This document shows positions 38,701 to 54,300 of a DNA stretch of 64,000 nt, piece by piece. Under the pieces are notes generated by a model. That model was not told the origin of the DNA. It saw only the letters and a program-made list of their open reading frames with translations, and searched no databases. This DNA is from Eledone cirrhosa (lineage: Eukaryota), in assembly GCA_964016885.1 (NCBI GenBank), contig OZ024743.1:233554001-233618000 (forward strand). The letters run 5' to 3'. Position 1 is the first letter of the stretch. Each line of letters opens with the position of its first letter. Both the position numbers and the translations under genes were made by a program.

Positions 38701-41700
38701 AATTACAGATCGATCCGACCACGGGCGGCCGGCCCGCGATTGAAAAGGTAACTCCGCCGGCAAATCGTCATTTTTGGATTCGTTTTCTTCGAAGCACACC
38801 ATTCGCCGGCGGACTTTGTTGACGTTTAACACGGTTTGGTTCCACAGCCACAACTATTGATTTTACGTAGATATCTTGCTGAAATTCACGCCACACATAG
38901 CCAATGAGTGTCTGCACATGTACCAGTAATTACAGATCGATCCGACCACGGGCGGCCGGCCCGCGATTGAAAAGGTAACTCCGCCGGCAAATCGTCATTT
39001 TTGGATTCGTTTTCTTCGAAGCACACCATTCGCCGGCGGACTTTGTTGACGTTTAACACGGTTTGGTTCCACAGCCACAACTATTGATTTTACGGAGATA
39101 TCTTGCTGAAATTCACGCCACACATAGCCAATGAGTGTCTGCACATGTACCAGTAATTACAGATCGATCCGACCACGGGCGGCCGGCCCGCGATTGAAAA
39201 GGTAACTCCGCCGGCAAATCGTCATTTTTGGATTCGTTTTCTTCGAAGCACACCATTCGCCGGCGGACTTTGTTGACGTTTAACACGGTTTGGTTCCACA
39301 GCCACAACTATTGATTTTACGGAGATATCTTGCTGAAATTCACGCCACACATAGCCAATGAGTGTCCGCACATGTACCAGTAATTACAGATCGATCCGAC
39401 CACGGGCGGTCGGTTTGCGATTGAAAAGGTAACTCCGCCGGCAAATCGTCATTTTTGGATTCGTTTTCTTCGAAGCACACCATTCGCCGGCTGACTTTGT
39501 TGACGTTTAACACGGTTTGGTTCCACAGCCACAACTATTGATTTTACGGAGATATCTTGCTGAAATTCACGCCACACATAGCCAATGAGTGTCTGCACAT
39601 GTACAAGTAATTACAGATCGATCCGACCACGGGCGGCCGACCCGCGATTGAAAAGGTAACTCCGCCGGCAAATCGTCATTTTTGGATTCGTTTTCTTCGA
39701 AGCACACCATTCGCCGGCGGACTTTGTTGACGTTTAACACGGTTTGGTTCCACAGCCACAACTATTGATTTTACGGAGATATCTTGCTGAAATTCACGCC
39801 ACACATAGCCAATGAGTGTCTGCACATGTACCAGTAATTACAGATCGATCCGACCACGGGCGGCCGGCCCGCGATTGAAAAGGTAACTCCGCCGGCAAAT
39901 CGTCATTTTTGGATTCGTTTTCTTCGAAGCACACCATTCGCCGGCGGACTTTGTTGACGTTTAACACGGTTTGGTTCCACAGCCACAACTATTGATTTTA
40001 CGGAGATATCTTGCTGAAATTCACGCCACACATAGCCAATGAGTGTCCGCACATGTACCAGTAATTACAGATCGATCCGACCACGGGCGGTCGGTTTGCG
40101 ATTGAAAAGCTAACTCCGCCGGCAAATCGTCATTTTTGGATTCGTTTTCTTCGAAGCACACCATTCGCCGGCTGACTTTGTTGACGTTTAACACGGTTTG
40201 GTTCCACAGCCACAACTATTGATTTTACGGAGATATCTTGCTGAAATTCACGCCACACATAGCCAATGAGTGTCTGCACATGTACCAGTAATTACAGATC
40301 GATCCGACCACGGGCGGTCGGTTTGCGATTGAAAAGGTAACTCCGCCGGCAAATCGTCATTTTTGGATTCGTTTTCTTCGAAGCACACCATTCGCCGGCG
40401 GACTTTGTTGACGTTTAACACGGTTTGGTTCCACAGCCACAACTATTGATTTTACGGAGATATCTTGCTGAAATTCACGCCACACATAGCCAATGAGTGT
40501 CTGCACATGTATCAGTAATTACAGATCGATCCGACCACGGGCGGCCGGCCCGCGATTGAAAAGGTAACTCCGCCGGCAAATCGTCATTTTTGGATTCGTT
40601 TTCTTCGAAGCACACCATTCGCCGGCGGACTTTGTTGACGTTTAACACGGTTTGGTTCCACAGCCACAACTATTGATTTTACGGAGATATCTTGCTGAAA
40701 TTCACGCCACACATAGCCAATGAGTGTCTGCACATGTACAAGTAATTACAGATCGATCCGACCACGGGCGGCCGGCCCGCGATTGAAAAGGTAACTCCGC
40801 CGGCAAATCGTCATTTTTGGATTCGTTTTCTTCGAAGCACACCATTCGCCGGCGGACTTTGTTGACGTTTAACACGGTTTGGTTCCACAGCCACAACTAT
40901 TGATTTTACGGAGATATCTTGCTGAAATTCACGCCACACATAGCCAATGAGTGTCTGCACATGTACCAGTAATTACAGATCGATCCGACCACGGCCGGCC
41001 GGCCCGCGATTGAAAAGGTAACTCCGCCGGCAAATCGTCATTTTTGGATTCGTTTTCTTCGAAGCACACCATTCGCCGGCGGACTTTGTTGACGTTTAAC
41101 ACGGTTTGGTTCCACAGCCACAACTATTGATTTTACGGAGATATCTTGCTGAAATTCACGCCACACATAGCCAATGAGTGTCTGCACATGTACAAGTAAT
41201 TACAGATCGATCCGACCACGGGCGGCCGGCCCGCGATTGAAAAGGTAACTCCGCCGGCAAATCGTCATTTTTGGATTCGTTTTCTTCGAAGCACACCATT
41301 CGCCGGCGGACTTTGTTGACGTTTAACACGGTTTGGTTCCACAGCCACAACTATTGATTTTACGGAGATATCTTGCTGAAATTCACGCCACACATAGCCA
41401 ATGAGTCTCTGCACATGTACCATTAATTACAGATCGATCCGACCACGGGCGGTCGGTTTGCGATTGAAAAGGTAACTCCGCCGGCAAATCGTCATTTTTG
41501 GATTCGTTTTCTTCGAAGCACACCATTCGCCGGCTGACTTTGTTGACGTTTAACACGGTTTGGTTCCACAGCCACAACTATTGATTTTAAGGAGATATCT
41601 TGCTGAAATTCACGCCACACATAGCCAATGAGTGTCTGCACAGGTACCAGTAATTACAGATCGATCCGACCACGGGCGGCCGGCCCGCGATTGAAAAGGT

Positions 41701-42517
41701 AACTCCGCCGGCAAATCGTCATTTTTGGATTCGTTTTCTTCGAAGCACACCATTCGCCGGCGGACTTTGTTGACGTTTAACACGGTTTGGTTCCACAGCC
41801 ACAACTATTGATTTTACGTAGATATCTTGCTGAAATTCACGCCACACATAGCCAATGAGTGTCTGCACATGTACCAGTAATTACAGATCGATCCGACCAC
41901 GGGCGGCCGGCCCGCGATTGAAAAGGTAACTCCGCCGGCAAATCGTCATTTTTGGATTCGTTTTCTTCGAAGCACACCATTCGCCGGCGGACTTTGTTGA
42001 CGTTTAACACGGTTTGGTTCCACAGCCACAACTATTGATTTTACGGAGATATCTTGCTGAAATTCACGCCACACATAGCCAATGAGTGTCTGCACATGTA
42101 CCAGTAATTACAGATCGATCCGACCACGGGCGGCCGGCCCGCGATTGAAAAGGTAACTCCGCCGGCAAATCGTCATTTTTGGATTCGTTTTCTTCGAAGC
42201 ACACCATTCGCCGGCGGACTTTGTTGACGTTTAACACGGTTTGGTTCCACAGCCACAACTATTGATTTTACGGAGATATCTTGCTGAAATTCACGCCACA
42301 CATAGCCAATGAGTGTCCGCACATGTACCAGTAATTACAGATCGATCCGACCACGGGCGGTCGGTTTGCGATTGAAAAGGTAACTCCGCCGGCAAATCGT
42401 CATTTTTGGATTCGTTTTCTTCGAAGCACACCATTCGCCGGCTGACTTTGTTGACGTTTAACACGGTTTGGTTCCACAGCCACAACTATTGATTTTACGG
42501 AGATATCTTGCTGAAAT
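32757..42517 (-). repeat. Higher-order domain 2: three copies of a 13-mer (13 + 17 + 13 monomers)
   Basis: The same ordered series of variant monomers starts at 32757, 35708 and 39567. The private marker AAAGCTAAC occurs only in the units at 33211, 36162 and 40021. Confidence 0.85.
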
Positions 42518-45500
42518 TCACGCCACACATAGCCAATGAGTGTCTGCACATGTACCAGTAATTACAGATCGATCCGACCACGGGCGGTCGGTTTGCGATT
42601 GAAAAGGTAACTCCGCCGGCAAATCGTCATTTTTGGATTCGTTTTCTTCGAAGCACACCATTCGCCGGCGGACTTTGTTGACGTTTAACACGGTTTGGTT
42701 CCACAGCCACAACTATTGATTTTACGGAGATATCTTGCTGAAATTCACGCCACACATAGCCAATGAGTGTCTGCACATGTATCAGTAATTACAGATCGAT
42801 CCGACCACGGGCGGCCGGCCCGCGATTGAAAAGGTAACTCCGCCGGCAAATCGTCATTTTTGGATTCGTTTTCTTCGAAGCACACCATTCGCCGGCGGAC
42901 TTTGTTGACGTTTAACACGGTTTGGTTCCACAGCCACAACTATTGATTTTACGGAGATATCTTGCTGAAATTCACGCCACACATAGCCAATGAGTGTCTG
43001 CACATGTACAAGTAATTACAGATCGATCCGACCACGGGCGGCCGGCCCGCGATTGAAAAGGTAACTCCGCCGGCAAATCGTCATTTTTGGATTCGTTTTC
43101 TTCGAAGCACACCATTCGCCGGCGGACTTTGTTGACGTTTAACACGGTTTGGTTCCACAGCCACAACTATTGATTTTACGGAGATATCTTGCTGAAATTC
43201 ACGCCACACATAGCCAATGAGTGTCTGCACATGTACCAGTAATTACAGATCGATCCGACCACGGGCGGTCGGTTTGCGATTGAAAAGGTAACTCCGCCGG
43301 CAAATCGTCATTTTTGGATTCGTTTTCTTCGAAGCACACCATTCGCCGGCTGACTTTGTTGACGTTTAACACGGTTTGGTTCCACAGCCACAACTATTGA
43401 TTTTAAGGAGATATCTTGCTGAAATTCACGCCACACATAGCCAATGAGTGTCTGCACATGTACCAGTAATTACAGATCGATCCGACCACGGGCGGTCGGT
43501 TTGCGATTGAAAAGGTAACTCCGCCGGCAAATCGTCATTTTTGGATTCGTTTTCTTCGAAGCACACCATTCGCCGGCGGACTTTGTTGACGTTTAACACG
43601 GTTTGGTTCCACAGCCACAACTATTGATTTTACGGAGATATCTTGCTGAAATTCACGCCACACATAGCCAATGAGTGTCTGCACATGTATCAGTAATTAC
43701 AGATCGATCCGACCACGGGCGGCCGGCCCGCGATTGAAAAGGTAACTCCGCCGGCAAATCGTCATTTTTGGATTCGTTTTCTTCGAAGCACACCATTCGC
43801 CGGCGGACTTTGTTGACGTTTAACACGGTTTGGTTCCACAGCCACAACTATTGATTTTACGGAGATATCTTGCTGAAATTCACGCCACACATAGCCAATG
43901 AGTGTCTGCACATGTACAAGTAATTACAGATCGATCCGACCACGGGCGGCCGGCCCGCGATTGAAAAGGTAACTCCGCCGGCAAATCGTCATTTTTGGAT
44001 TCGTTTTCTTCGAAGCACACCATTCGCCGGCGGACTTTGTTGACGTTTAACACGGTTTGGTTCCACAGCCACAACTATTGATTTTACGGAGATATCTTGC
44101 TGAAATTCACGCCACACATAGCCAATGAGTGTCTGCACATGTACCAGTAATTACAGATCGATCCGACCACGGGCGGTCGGTTTGCGATTGAAAAGGTAAC
44201 TCCGCCGGCAAATCGTCATTTTTGGATTCGTTTTCTTCGAAGCACACCATTCGCCGGCTGACTTTGTTGACGTTTAACACGGTTTGGTTCCACAGCCACA
44301 ACTATTGATTTTAAGGAGATATCTTGCTGAAATTCACGCCACACATAGCCAATGAGTGTCTGCACAGGTACCAGTAATTACAGATCGATCCGACCACGGG
44401 CGGCCGGCCCGCGATTGAAAAGGTAACTCCGCCGGCAAATCGTCATTTTTGGATTCGTTTTCTTCGAAGCACACCATTCGCCGGCGGACTTTGTTGACGT
44501 TTAACACGGTTTGGTTCCACAGCCACAACTATTGATTTTACGGAGATATCTTGCTGAAATTCACGCCACACATAGCCAATGAGTCTCTGCACATGTACCA
44601 TTAATTACAGATCGATCCGACCACGGGCGGTCGGTTTGCGATTGAAAAGGTAACTCCGCCGGCAAATCGTCATTTTTGGATTCGTTTTCTTCGAAGCACA
44701 CCATTCGCCGGCTGACTTTGTTGACGTTTAACACGGTTTGGTTCCACAGCCACAACTATTGATTTTAAGGAGATATCTTGCTGAAATTCACGCCACACAT
44801 AGCCAATGAGTGTCTGCACAGGTACCAGTAATTACAGATCGATCCGACCACGGGCGGCCGGCCCGCGATTGAAAAGGTAACTCCGCCGGCAAATCGTCAT
44901 TTTTGGATTCGTTTTCTTCGAAGCACACCATTCGCCGGCGGACTTTGTTGACGTTTAACACGGTTTGGTTCCACAGCCACAACTATTGATTTTACGTAGA
45001 TATCTTGCTGAAATTCACGCCACACATAGCCAATGAGTGTCTGCACATGTACCAGTAATTACAGATCGATCCGACCACGGGCGGCCGGCCCGCGATTGAA
45101 AAGGTAACTCCGCCGGCAAATCGTCATTTTTGGATTCGTTTTCTTCGAAGCACACCATTCGCCGGCGGACTTTGTTGACGTTTAACACGGTTTGGTTCCA
45201 CAGCCACAACTATTGATTTTACGGAGATATCTTGCTGAAATTCACGCCACACATAGCCAATGAGTGTCTGCACATGTACCAGTAATTACAGATCGATCCG
45301 ACCACGGGCGGTCGGTTTGCGATTGAAAAGGTAACTCCGCCGGCAAATCGTCATTTTTGGATTCGTTTTCTTCGAAGCACACCATTCGCCGGCTGACTTT
45401 GTTGACGTTTAACACGGTTTGGTTCCACAGCCACAACTATTGATTTTAAGGAGATATCTTGCTGAAATTCACGCCACACATAGCCAATGAGTGTCTGCAC

Positions 45501-48500
45501 AGGTACCAGTAATTACAGATCGATCCGACCACGGGCGGCCGGCCCGCGATTGAAAAGGTAACTCCGCCGGCAAATCGTCATTTTTGGATTCGTTTTCTTC
45601 GAAGCACACCATTCGCCGGCGGACTTTGTTGACGTTTAACACGGTTTGGTTCCACAGCCACAACTATTGATTTTACGGAGATATCTTGCTGAAATTCACG
45701 CCACACATAGCCAATGAGTCTCTGCACATGTACCATTAATTACAGATCGATCCGACCACGGGCGGTCGGTTTGCGATTGAAAAGGTAACTCCGCCGGCAA
45801 ATCGTCATTTTTGGATTCGTTTTCTTCGAAGCACACCATTCGCCGGCTGACTTTGTTGACGTTTAACACGGTTTGGTTCCACAGCCACAACTATTGATTT
45901 TAAGGAGATATCTTGCTGAAATTCACGCCACACATAGCCAATGAGTGTCTGCACAGGTACCAGTAATTACAGATCGATCCGACCACGGGCGGCCGGCCCG
46001 CGATTGAAAAGGTAACTCCGCCGGCAAATCGTCATTTTTGGATTCGTTTTCTTCGAAGCACACCATTCGCCGGCGGACTTTGTTGACGTTTAACACGGTT
46101 TGGTTCCACAGCCACAACTATTGATTTTACGTAGATATCTTGCTGAAATTCACGCCACACATAGCCAATGAGTGTCTGCACATGTACCAGTAATTACAGA
46201 TCGATCCGACCACGGGCGGCCGGCCCGCGATTGAAAAGGTAACTCCGCCGGCAAATCGTCATTTTTGGATTCGTTTTCTTCGAAGCACACCATTCGCCGG
46301 CGGACTTTGTTGACGTTTAACACGGTTTGGTTCCACAGCCACAACTATTGATTTTACGGAGATATCTTGCTGAAATTCACGCCACACATAGCCAATGAGT
46401 GTCTGCACATGTACCAGTAATTACAGATCGATCCGACCACGGGCGGCCGGCCCGCGATTGAAAAGGTAACTCCGCCGGCAAATCGTCATTTTTGGATTCG
46501 TTTTCTTCGAAGCACACCATTCGCCGGCGGACTTTGTTGACGTTTAACACGGTTTGGTTCCACAGCCACAACTATTGATTTTACGGAGATATATTGCTGA
46601 AATTCACGCCACACATAGCCAATGAGTGTCCGCACATGTACCAGTAATTACAGATCGATCCGACCACGGGCGGTCGGTTTGCGATTGAAAAGGTAACTCC
46701 GCCGGCAAATCGTCATTTTTGGATTCGTTTTCTTCGAAGCACACCATTCGCCGGCTGACTTTGTTGACGTTTAACACGGTTTGGTTCCACAGCCACAACT
46801 ATTGATTTTACGGAGATATCTTGCTGAAATTCACGCCACACATAGCCAATGAGTGTCTGCACATGTACCAGTAATTACAGATCGATCCGACCACGGGCGG
46901 TCGGTTTGCGATTGAAAAGGTAACTCCGCCGGCAAATCGTCATTTTTGGATTCGTTTTCTTCGAAGCACACCATTCGCCGGCGGACTTTGTTGACGTTTA
47001 ACACGGTTTGGTTCCACAGCCACAACTATTGATTTTACGGAGATATCTTGCTGAAATTCACGCCACACATAGCCAATGAGTGTCTGCACATGTATCAGTA
47101 ATTACAGATCGATCCGACCACGGGCGGCCGGCCCGCGATTGAAAAGGTAACTCCGCCGGCAAATCGTCATTTTTGGATTCGTTTTCTTCGAAGCACACCA
47201 TTCGCCGGCGGACTTTGTTGACGTTTAACACGGTTTGGTTCCACAGCCACAACTATTGATTTTACGGAGATATCTTGCTGAAATTCACGCCACACATAGC
47301 CAATGAGTGTCTGCACATGTACAAGTAATTACAGATCGATCCGACCACGGGCGGCCGGCCCGCGATTGAAAAGGTAACTCCGCCGGCAAATCGTCATTTT
47401 TGGATTCGTTTTCTTCGAAGCACACCATTCGCCGGCGGACTTTGTTGACGTTTAACACGGTTTGGTTCCACAGCCACAACTATTGATTTTACGGAGATAT
47501 CTTGCTGAAATTCACGCCACACATAGCCAATGAGTGTCTGCACATGTACCAGTAATTACAGATCGATCCGACCACGGGCGGTCGGTTTGCGATTGAAAAG
47601 GTAACTCCGCCGGCAAATCGTCATTTTTGGATTCGTTTTCTTCGAAGCACACCATTCGCCGGCTGACTTTGTTGACGTTTAACACGGTTTGGTTCCACAG
47701 CCACAACTATTGATTTTAAGGAGATATCTTGCTGAAATTCACGCCACACATAGCCAATGAGTGTCTGCACAGGTACCAGTAATTACAGATCGATCCGACC
47801 ACGGGCGGCCGGCCCGCGATTGAAAAGGTAACTCCGCCGGCAAATCGTCATTTTTGGATTCGTTTTCTTCGAAGCACACCATTCGCCGGCGGACTTTGTT
47901 GACGTTTAACACGGTTTGGTTCCACAGCCACAACTATTGATTTTACGTAGATATCTTGCTGAAATTCACGCCACACATAGCCAATGAGTGTCTGCACATG
48001 TACCAGTAATTACAGATCGATCCGACCACGGGCGGCCGGCCCGCGATTGAAAAGGTAACTCCGCCGGCAAATCGTCATTTTTGGATTCGTTTTCTTCGAA
48101 GCACACCATTCGCCGGCGGACTTTGTTGACGTTTAACACGGTTTGGTTCCACAGCCACAACTATTGATTTTACGGAGATATCTTGCTGAAATTCACGCCA
48201 CACATAGACAATGAGTGTCTGCACATGTACCAGTAATTACAGATCGATCCGACCACGGGCGGCCGGCCCGCGATTGAAAAGGTAACTCCGCCGGCAAATC
48301 GTCATTTTTGGATTCGTTTTCTTCGAAGCACACCATTCGCCGGCGGACTTTGTTGACGTTTAACACGGTTTGGTTCCACAGCCACAACTATTGATTTTAC
48401 GGAGATATCTTGCTGAAATTCACGCCACACATAGCCAATGAGTGTCCGCACATGTACCAGTAATTACAGATCGATCCGACCACGGGCGGTCGGTTTGCGA

Positions 48501-50915
48501 TTGAAAAGGTAACTCCGCCGGCAAATCGTCATTTTTGGATTCGTTTTCTTCGAAGCACACCATTCGCCGGCTGACTTTGTTGACGTTTAACACGGTTTGG
48601 TTCCACAGCCACAACTATTGATTTTACGGAGATATCTTGCTGAAATTCACGCCACACATAGCCAATGAGTGTCTGCACATGTACCAGTAATTACAGATCG
48701 ATCCGACCACGGGCGGTCGGTTTGCGATTGAAAAGGTAACTCCGCCGGCAAATCGTCATTTTTGGATTCGTTTTCTTCGAAGCACACCATTCGCCGGCGG
48801 ACTTTGTTGACGTTTAACACGGTTTGGTTCCACAGCCACAACTATTGATTTTACGGAGATATCTTGCTGAAATTCACGCCACACATAGCCAATGAGTGTC
48901 TGCACATGTATCAGTAATTACAGATCGATCCGACCACGGGCGGCCGGCCCGCGATTGAAAAGGTAACTCCGCCGGCAAATCGTCATTTTTGGATTCGTTT
49001 TCTTCGAAGCACACCATTCGCCGGCGGACTTTGTTGACGTTTAACACGGTTTGGTTCCACAGCCACAACTATTGATTTTACGGAGATATCTTGCTGAAAT
49101 TCACGCCACACATAGCCAATGAGTGTCTGCACATGTACAAGTAATTACAGATCGATCCGACCACGGGCGGCCGGCCCGCGATTGAAAAGGTAACTCCGCC
49201 GGCAAATCGTCATTTTTGGATTCGTTTTCTTCGAAGCACACCATTCGCCGGCGGACTTTGTTGACGTTTAACACGGTTTGGTTCCACAGCCACAACTATT
49301 GATTTTACGGAGATATCTTGCTGAAATTCACGCCACACATAGCCAATGAGTGTCTGCACATGTACCAGTAATTACAGATCGATCCGACCACGGGCGGTCG
49401 GTTTGCGATTGAAAAGGTAACTCCGCCGGCAAATCGTCATTTTTGGATTCGTTTTCTTCGAAGCACACCATTCGCCGGCTGACTTTGTTGACGTTTAACA
49501 CGGTTTGGTTCCACAGCCACAACTATTGATTTTAAGGAGATATCTTGCTGAAATTCACGCCACACATAGCCAATGAGTGTCTGCACAGGTACCAGTAATT
49601 ACAGATCGATCCGACCACGGGCGGCCGGCCCGCGATTGAAAAGGTAACTCCGCCGGCAAATCGTCATTTTTGGATTCGTTTTCTTCGAAGCACACCATTC
49701 GCCGGCGGACTTTGTTGACGTTTAACACGGTTTGGTTCCACAGCCACAACTATTGATTTTACGTAGATATCTTGCTGAAATTCACGCCACACATAGCCAA
49801 TGAGTGTCTGCACATGTACCAGTAATTACAGATCGATCCGACCACGGGCGGCCGGCCCGCGATTGAAAAGGTAACTCCGCCGGCAAATCGTCATTTTTGG
49901 ATTCGTTTTCTTCGAAGCACACCATTCGCCGGCGGACTTTGTTGACGTTTAACACGGTTTGGTTCCACAGCCACAACTATTGATTTTACGGAGATATCTT
50001 GCTGAAATTCACGCCACACATAGCCAATGAGTGTCTGCACATGTACCAGTAATTACAGATCGATCCGACCACGGGCGGTCGGTTTGCGATTGAAAAGGTA
50101 ACTCCGCCGGCAAATCGTCATTTTTGGATTCGTTTTCTTCGAAGCACACCATTCGCCGGCTGACTTTGTTGACGTTTAACACGGTTTGGTTCCACAGCCA
50201 CAACTATTGATTTTACGGAGATATCTTGCTGAAATTCACGCCACACATAGCCAATGAGTGTCTGCACATGTACCAGTAATTACAGATCGATCCGACCACG
50301 GGCGGTCGGTTTGCGATTGAAAAGGTAACACGCCGGCAAATCGTCATTTTTGGATTCGTTTTCTTCGAAGCACACCATTCGCCGGCTGACTTTGTTGACG
50401 TTTAACACGGTTTGGTTCCACAGCCACAACTATTGATTTTAAGGAGATATCTTGCTGAAATTCACGCCACACATAGCCAATGAGTGTCTGCACAGGTACC
50501 AGTAATTACAGATCGATCCGACCACGGGCGGCCGGCCCGCGATTGAAAAGGTAACTCCGCCGGCAAATCGTCATTTTTGGATTCGTTTTCTTCGAAGCAC
50601 ACCATTCGCCGGCGGACTTTGTTGACGTTTAACACGGTTTGGTTCCACAGCCACAACTATTGATTTTACGGAGATATCTTGCTGAAATTCACGCCACACA
50701 TAGCCAATGAGTGTCTGCACATGTACCAGTAATTACAGATCGATCCGACCACGGGCGGCCGGCCCGCGATTGAAAAGGTAACTCCGCCGGCAAATCGTCA
50801 TTTTTGGATTCGTTTTCTTCGAAGCACACCATTCGCCGGCGGACTTTGTTGACGTTTAACACGGTTTGGTTCCACAGCCACAACTATTGATTTTACGGAG
50901 ATATCTTGCTGAAAT
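42518..50915 (-). repeat. Higher-order domain 3: tandem 4-, 5- and 8-monomer duplications
   Basis: A 4-mer lies at 42518/43426, a 5-mer at 44107/45242, and an 8-mer period at 46604/48420. Confidence 0.8.
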
Positions 50916-51369
50916 TCACGCCACACATAGCCAATGAGTGTCTGCACATGTACCAGTAATTACAGATCGATCCGACCACGGGCGGTCGGTTTGCGATTGA
51001 AAAGGTAACTCCGCCGGCAAATCGTCATTTTTGGATTCGTTTTCTTCGAAGCACACCATTCGCCAGCTGACTTTGTTGACGTTTAACACGGTTTGGTTCC
51101 ACAGCCACAACTATTGATTTTAAGGAGATATCTTGCTGAAATTCACGCCACACATAGCCAATGAGTGTCTGCACAGGTACCAGTAATTACAGATCGATCC
51201 GACCACGGGCGGCCGGTTTGCGATTGAAAAGGTAACTCCGCCGGCAAATCGTCATTTTTGGATTCGTTTTCTTCGAAGCACACCATTCGCCGGCTGACTT
51301 TGTTGACGTTTAACACGGTTTGGTTCCACAGCCACAACTATTGATTTTAAGGAGATATCTTGCTGAAAT

Positions 51370-54300
51370 TCACGCCACACATAGCCAATGAGTGTCTGCA
51401 CAGGTACCAGTAATTACAGATCGATCCGACCACGGGCGGCCGGCCCGCGATTGAAAAGGTAACTCCGCCGGCAAATCGTCATTTTTGGATTCGTTTTCTT
51501 CGAAGCACACCATTCGCCGGCGGACTTTGTTGACGTTTAACACGGTTTGGTTCCACAGCCACAACTATTGATTTTACGGAGATATCTTGCTGAAATTCAC
51601 GCCACACATAGCCAATGAGTGTCTGCACATGTACCAGTAATTACAGATCGATCCGACCACGGGCGGTCGGTTTGCGATTGAAAAGGTAACTCCGCCGGCA
51701 AATCGTCATTTTTGGATTCGTTTTCTTCGAAGCACACCATTCGCCGGCTGACTTTGTTGACGTTTAACACGGTTTGGTTCCACAGCCACAACTATTGATT
51801 TTACGGAGATATCTTGCTGAAATTCACGCCACACATAGCCAATGAGTGTCTGCACATGTATCAGTAATTACAGATCGATCCGACCACGGGCGGCCGGCCC
51901 GCGATTGAAAAGGTAACTCCGCCGGCAAATCGTCATTTTTGGATTCGTTTTCTTCGAAGCACACCATTCGCCGGCGGACTTTGTTGACGTTTAACACGGT
52001 TTGGTTCCACAGCCACAACTATTGATTTTACGGAGATATCTTGCTGAAATTCACGCCACACATAGCCAATGAGTGTCTGCACATGTACCAGTAATTACAG
52101 ATCGATCCGACCACGGGCGGTCGGTTTGCGATTGAAAAGGTAACTCCGCCGGCAAATCGTCATTTTTGGATTCGTTTTCTTCGAAGCACACCATTCGCCA
52201 GCTGACTTTGTTGACGTTTAACACGGTTTGGTTCCACAGCCACAACTATTGATTTTAAGGAGATATCTTGCTGAAATTCACGCCACACATAGCCAATGAG
52301 TGTCTGCACAGGTACCAGTAATTACAGATCGATCCGACCACGGGCGGCCGGTTTGCGATTGAAAAGGTAACTCCGCCGGCAAATCGTCATTTTTGGATTC
52401 GTTTTCTTCGAAGCACACCATTCGCCGGCTGACTTTGTTGACGTTTAACACGGTTTGGTTCCACAGCCACAACTATTGATTTTAAGGAGATATCTTGCTG
52501 AAATTCACGCCACACATAGCCAATGAGTGTCTGCACAGGTACCAGTAATTACAGATCGATCCGACCACGGGCGGCCGGCCCGCGATTGAAAAGGTAACTC
52601 CGCCGGCAAATCGTCATTTTTGGATTCGTTTTCTTCGAAGCACACCATTCGCCGGCGGACTTTGTTGACGTTTAACACGGTTTGGTTCCACAGCCACAAC
52701 TATTGATTTTACGGAGATATCTTGCTGAAATTCACGCCACACATAGCCAATGAGTGTCTGCACATGTACAAGTAATTACAGATCGATCCGACCACGGGCG
52801 GCCGACCCGCGATTGAAAAGGTAACTCCGCCGGCAAATCGTCATTTTTGGATTCGTTTTCTTCGAAGCACACCATTCGCCGGCGGACTTTGTTGACGTTT
52901 AACACGGTTTGGTTCCACAGCCACAACTATTGATTTTACGGAGATATCTTGCTGAAATTCACGCCACACATAGCCAATGAGTGTCTGCACATGTACCAGT
53001 AATTACAGATCGATCCGACCACGGGCGGCCGGCCCGCGATTGAAAAGGTAACTCCGCCGGCAAATCGTCATTTTTGGATTCGTTTTCTTCGAAGCACACC
53101 ATTCGCCGGCGGACTTTGTTGACGTTTAACACGGTTTGGTTCCACAGCCACAACTATTGATTTTACGGAGATATCTTGCTGAAATTCACGCCACACATAG
53201 CCAATGAGTGTCCGCACATGTACCAGTAATTACAGATCGATCCGACCACGGGCGGTCGGTTTGCGATTGAAAAGGTAACTCCGCCGGCAAATCGTCATTT
53301 TTGGATTCGTTTTCTTCGAAGCACACCATTCGCCGGCTGACTTTGTTGACGTTTAACACGGTTTGGTTCCACAGCCACAACTATTGATTTTACGGAGATA
53401 TCTTGCTGAAATTCACGCCACACATAGCCAATGAGTGTCTGCACATGTACCAGTAATTACAGATCGATCCGACCACGGGCGGTCGGTTTGCGATTGAAAA
53501 GGTAACTCCGCCGGCAAATCGTCATTTTTGGATTCGTTTTCTTCGAAGCACACCATTCGCCGGCGGACTTTGTTGACGTTTAACACGGTTTGGTTCCACA
53601 GCCACAACTATTGATTTTACGGAGATATCTTGCTGAAATTCACGCCACACATAGCCAATGAGTGTCTGCACATGTACCAGTAATTACAGATCGATCCGAC
53701 CACGGGCGGCCGGCCCGCGATTGAAAAGGTAACTCCGCCGGCAAATCGTCATTTTTGGATTCGTTTTCTTCGAAGCACACCATTCGCCGGCGGACTTTGT
53801 TGACGTTTAACACGGTTTGGTTCCACAGCCACAACTATTGATTTTACGGAGATATCTTGCTGAAATTCACGCCACACATAGCCAATGAGTGTCTGCACAT
53901 GTACAAGTAATTACAGATCGATCCGACCACGGGCGGCCGACCCGCGATTGAAAAGGTAACTCCGCCGGCAAATCGTCATTTTTGGATTCGTTTTCTTCGA
54001 AGCACACCATTCGCCGGCGGACTTTGTTGACGTTTAACACGGTTTGGTTCCACAGCCACAACTATTGATTTTACGGAGATATCTTGCTGAAATTCACGCC
54101 ACACATAGCCAATGAGTGTCTGCACATGTACCAGTAATTACAGATCGATCCGACCACGGGCGGCCGGCCCGCGATTGAAAAGGTAACTCCGCCGGCAAAT
54201 CGTCATTTTTGGATTCGTTTTCTTCGAAGCACACCATTCGCCGGCGGACTTTGTTGACGTTTAACACGGTTTGGTTCCACAGCCACAACTATTGATTTTA

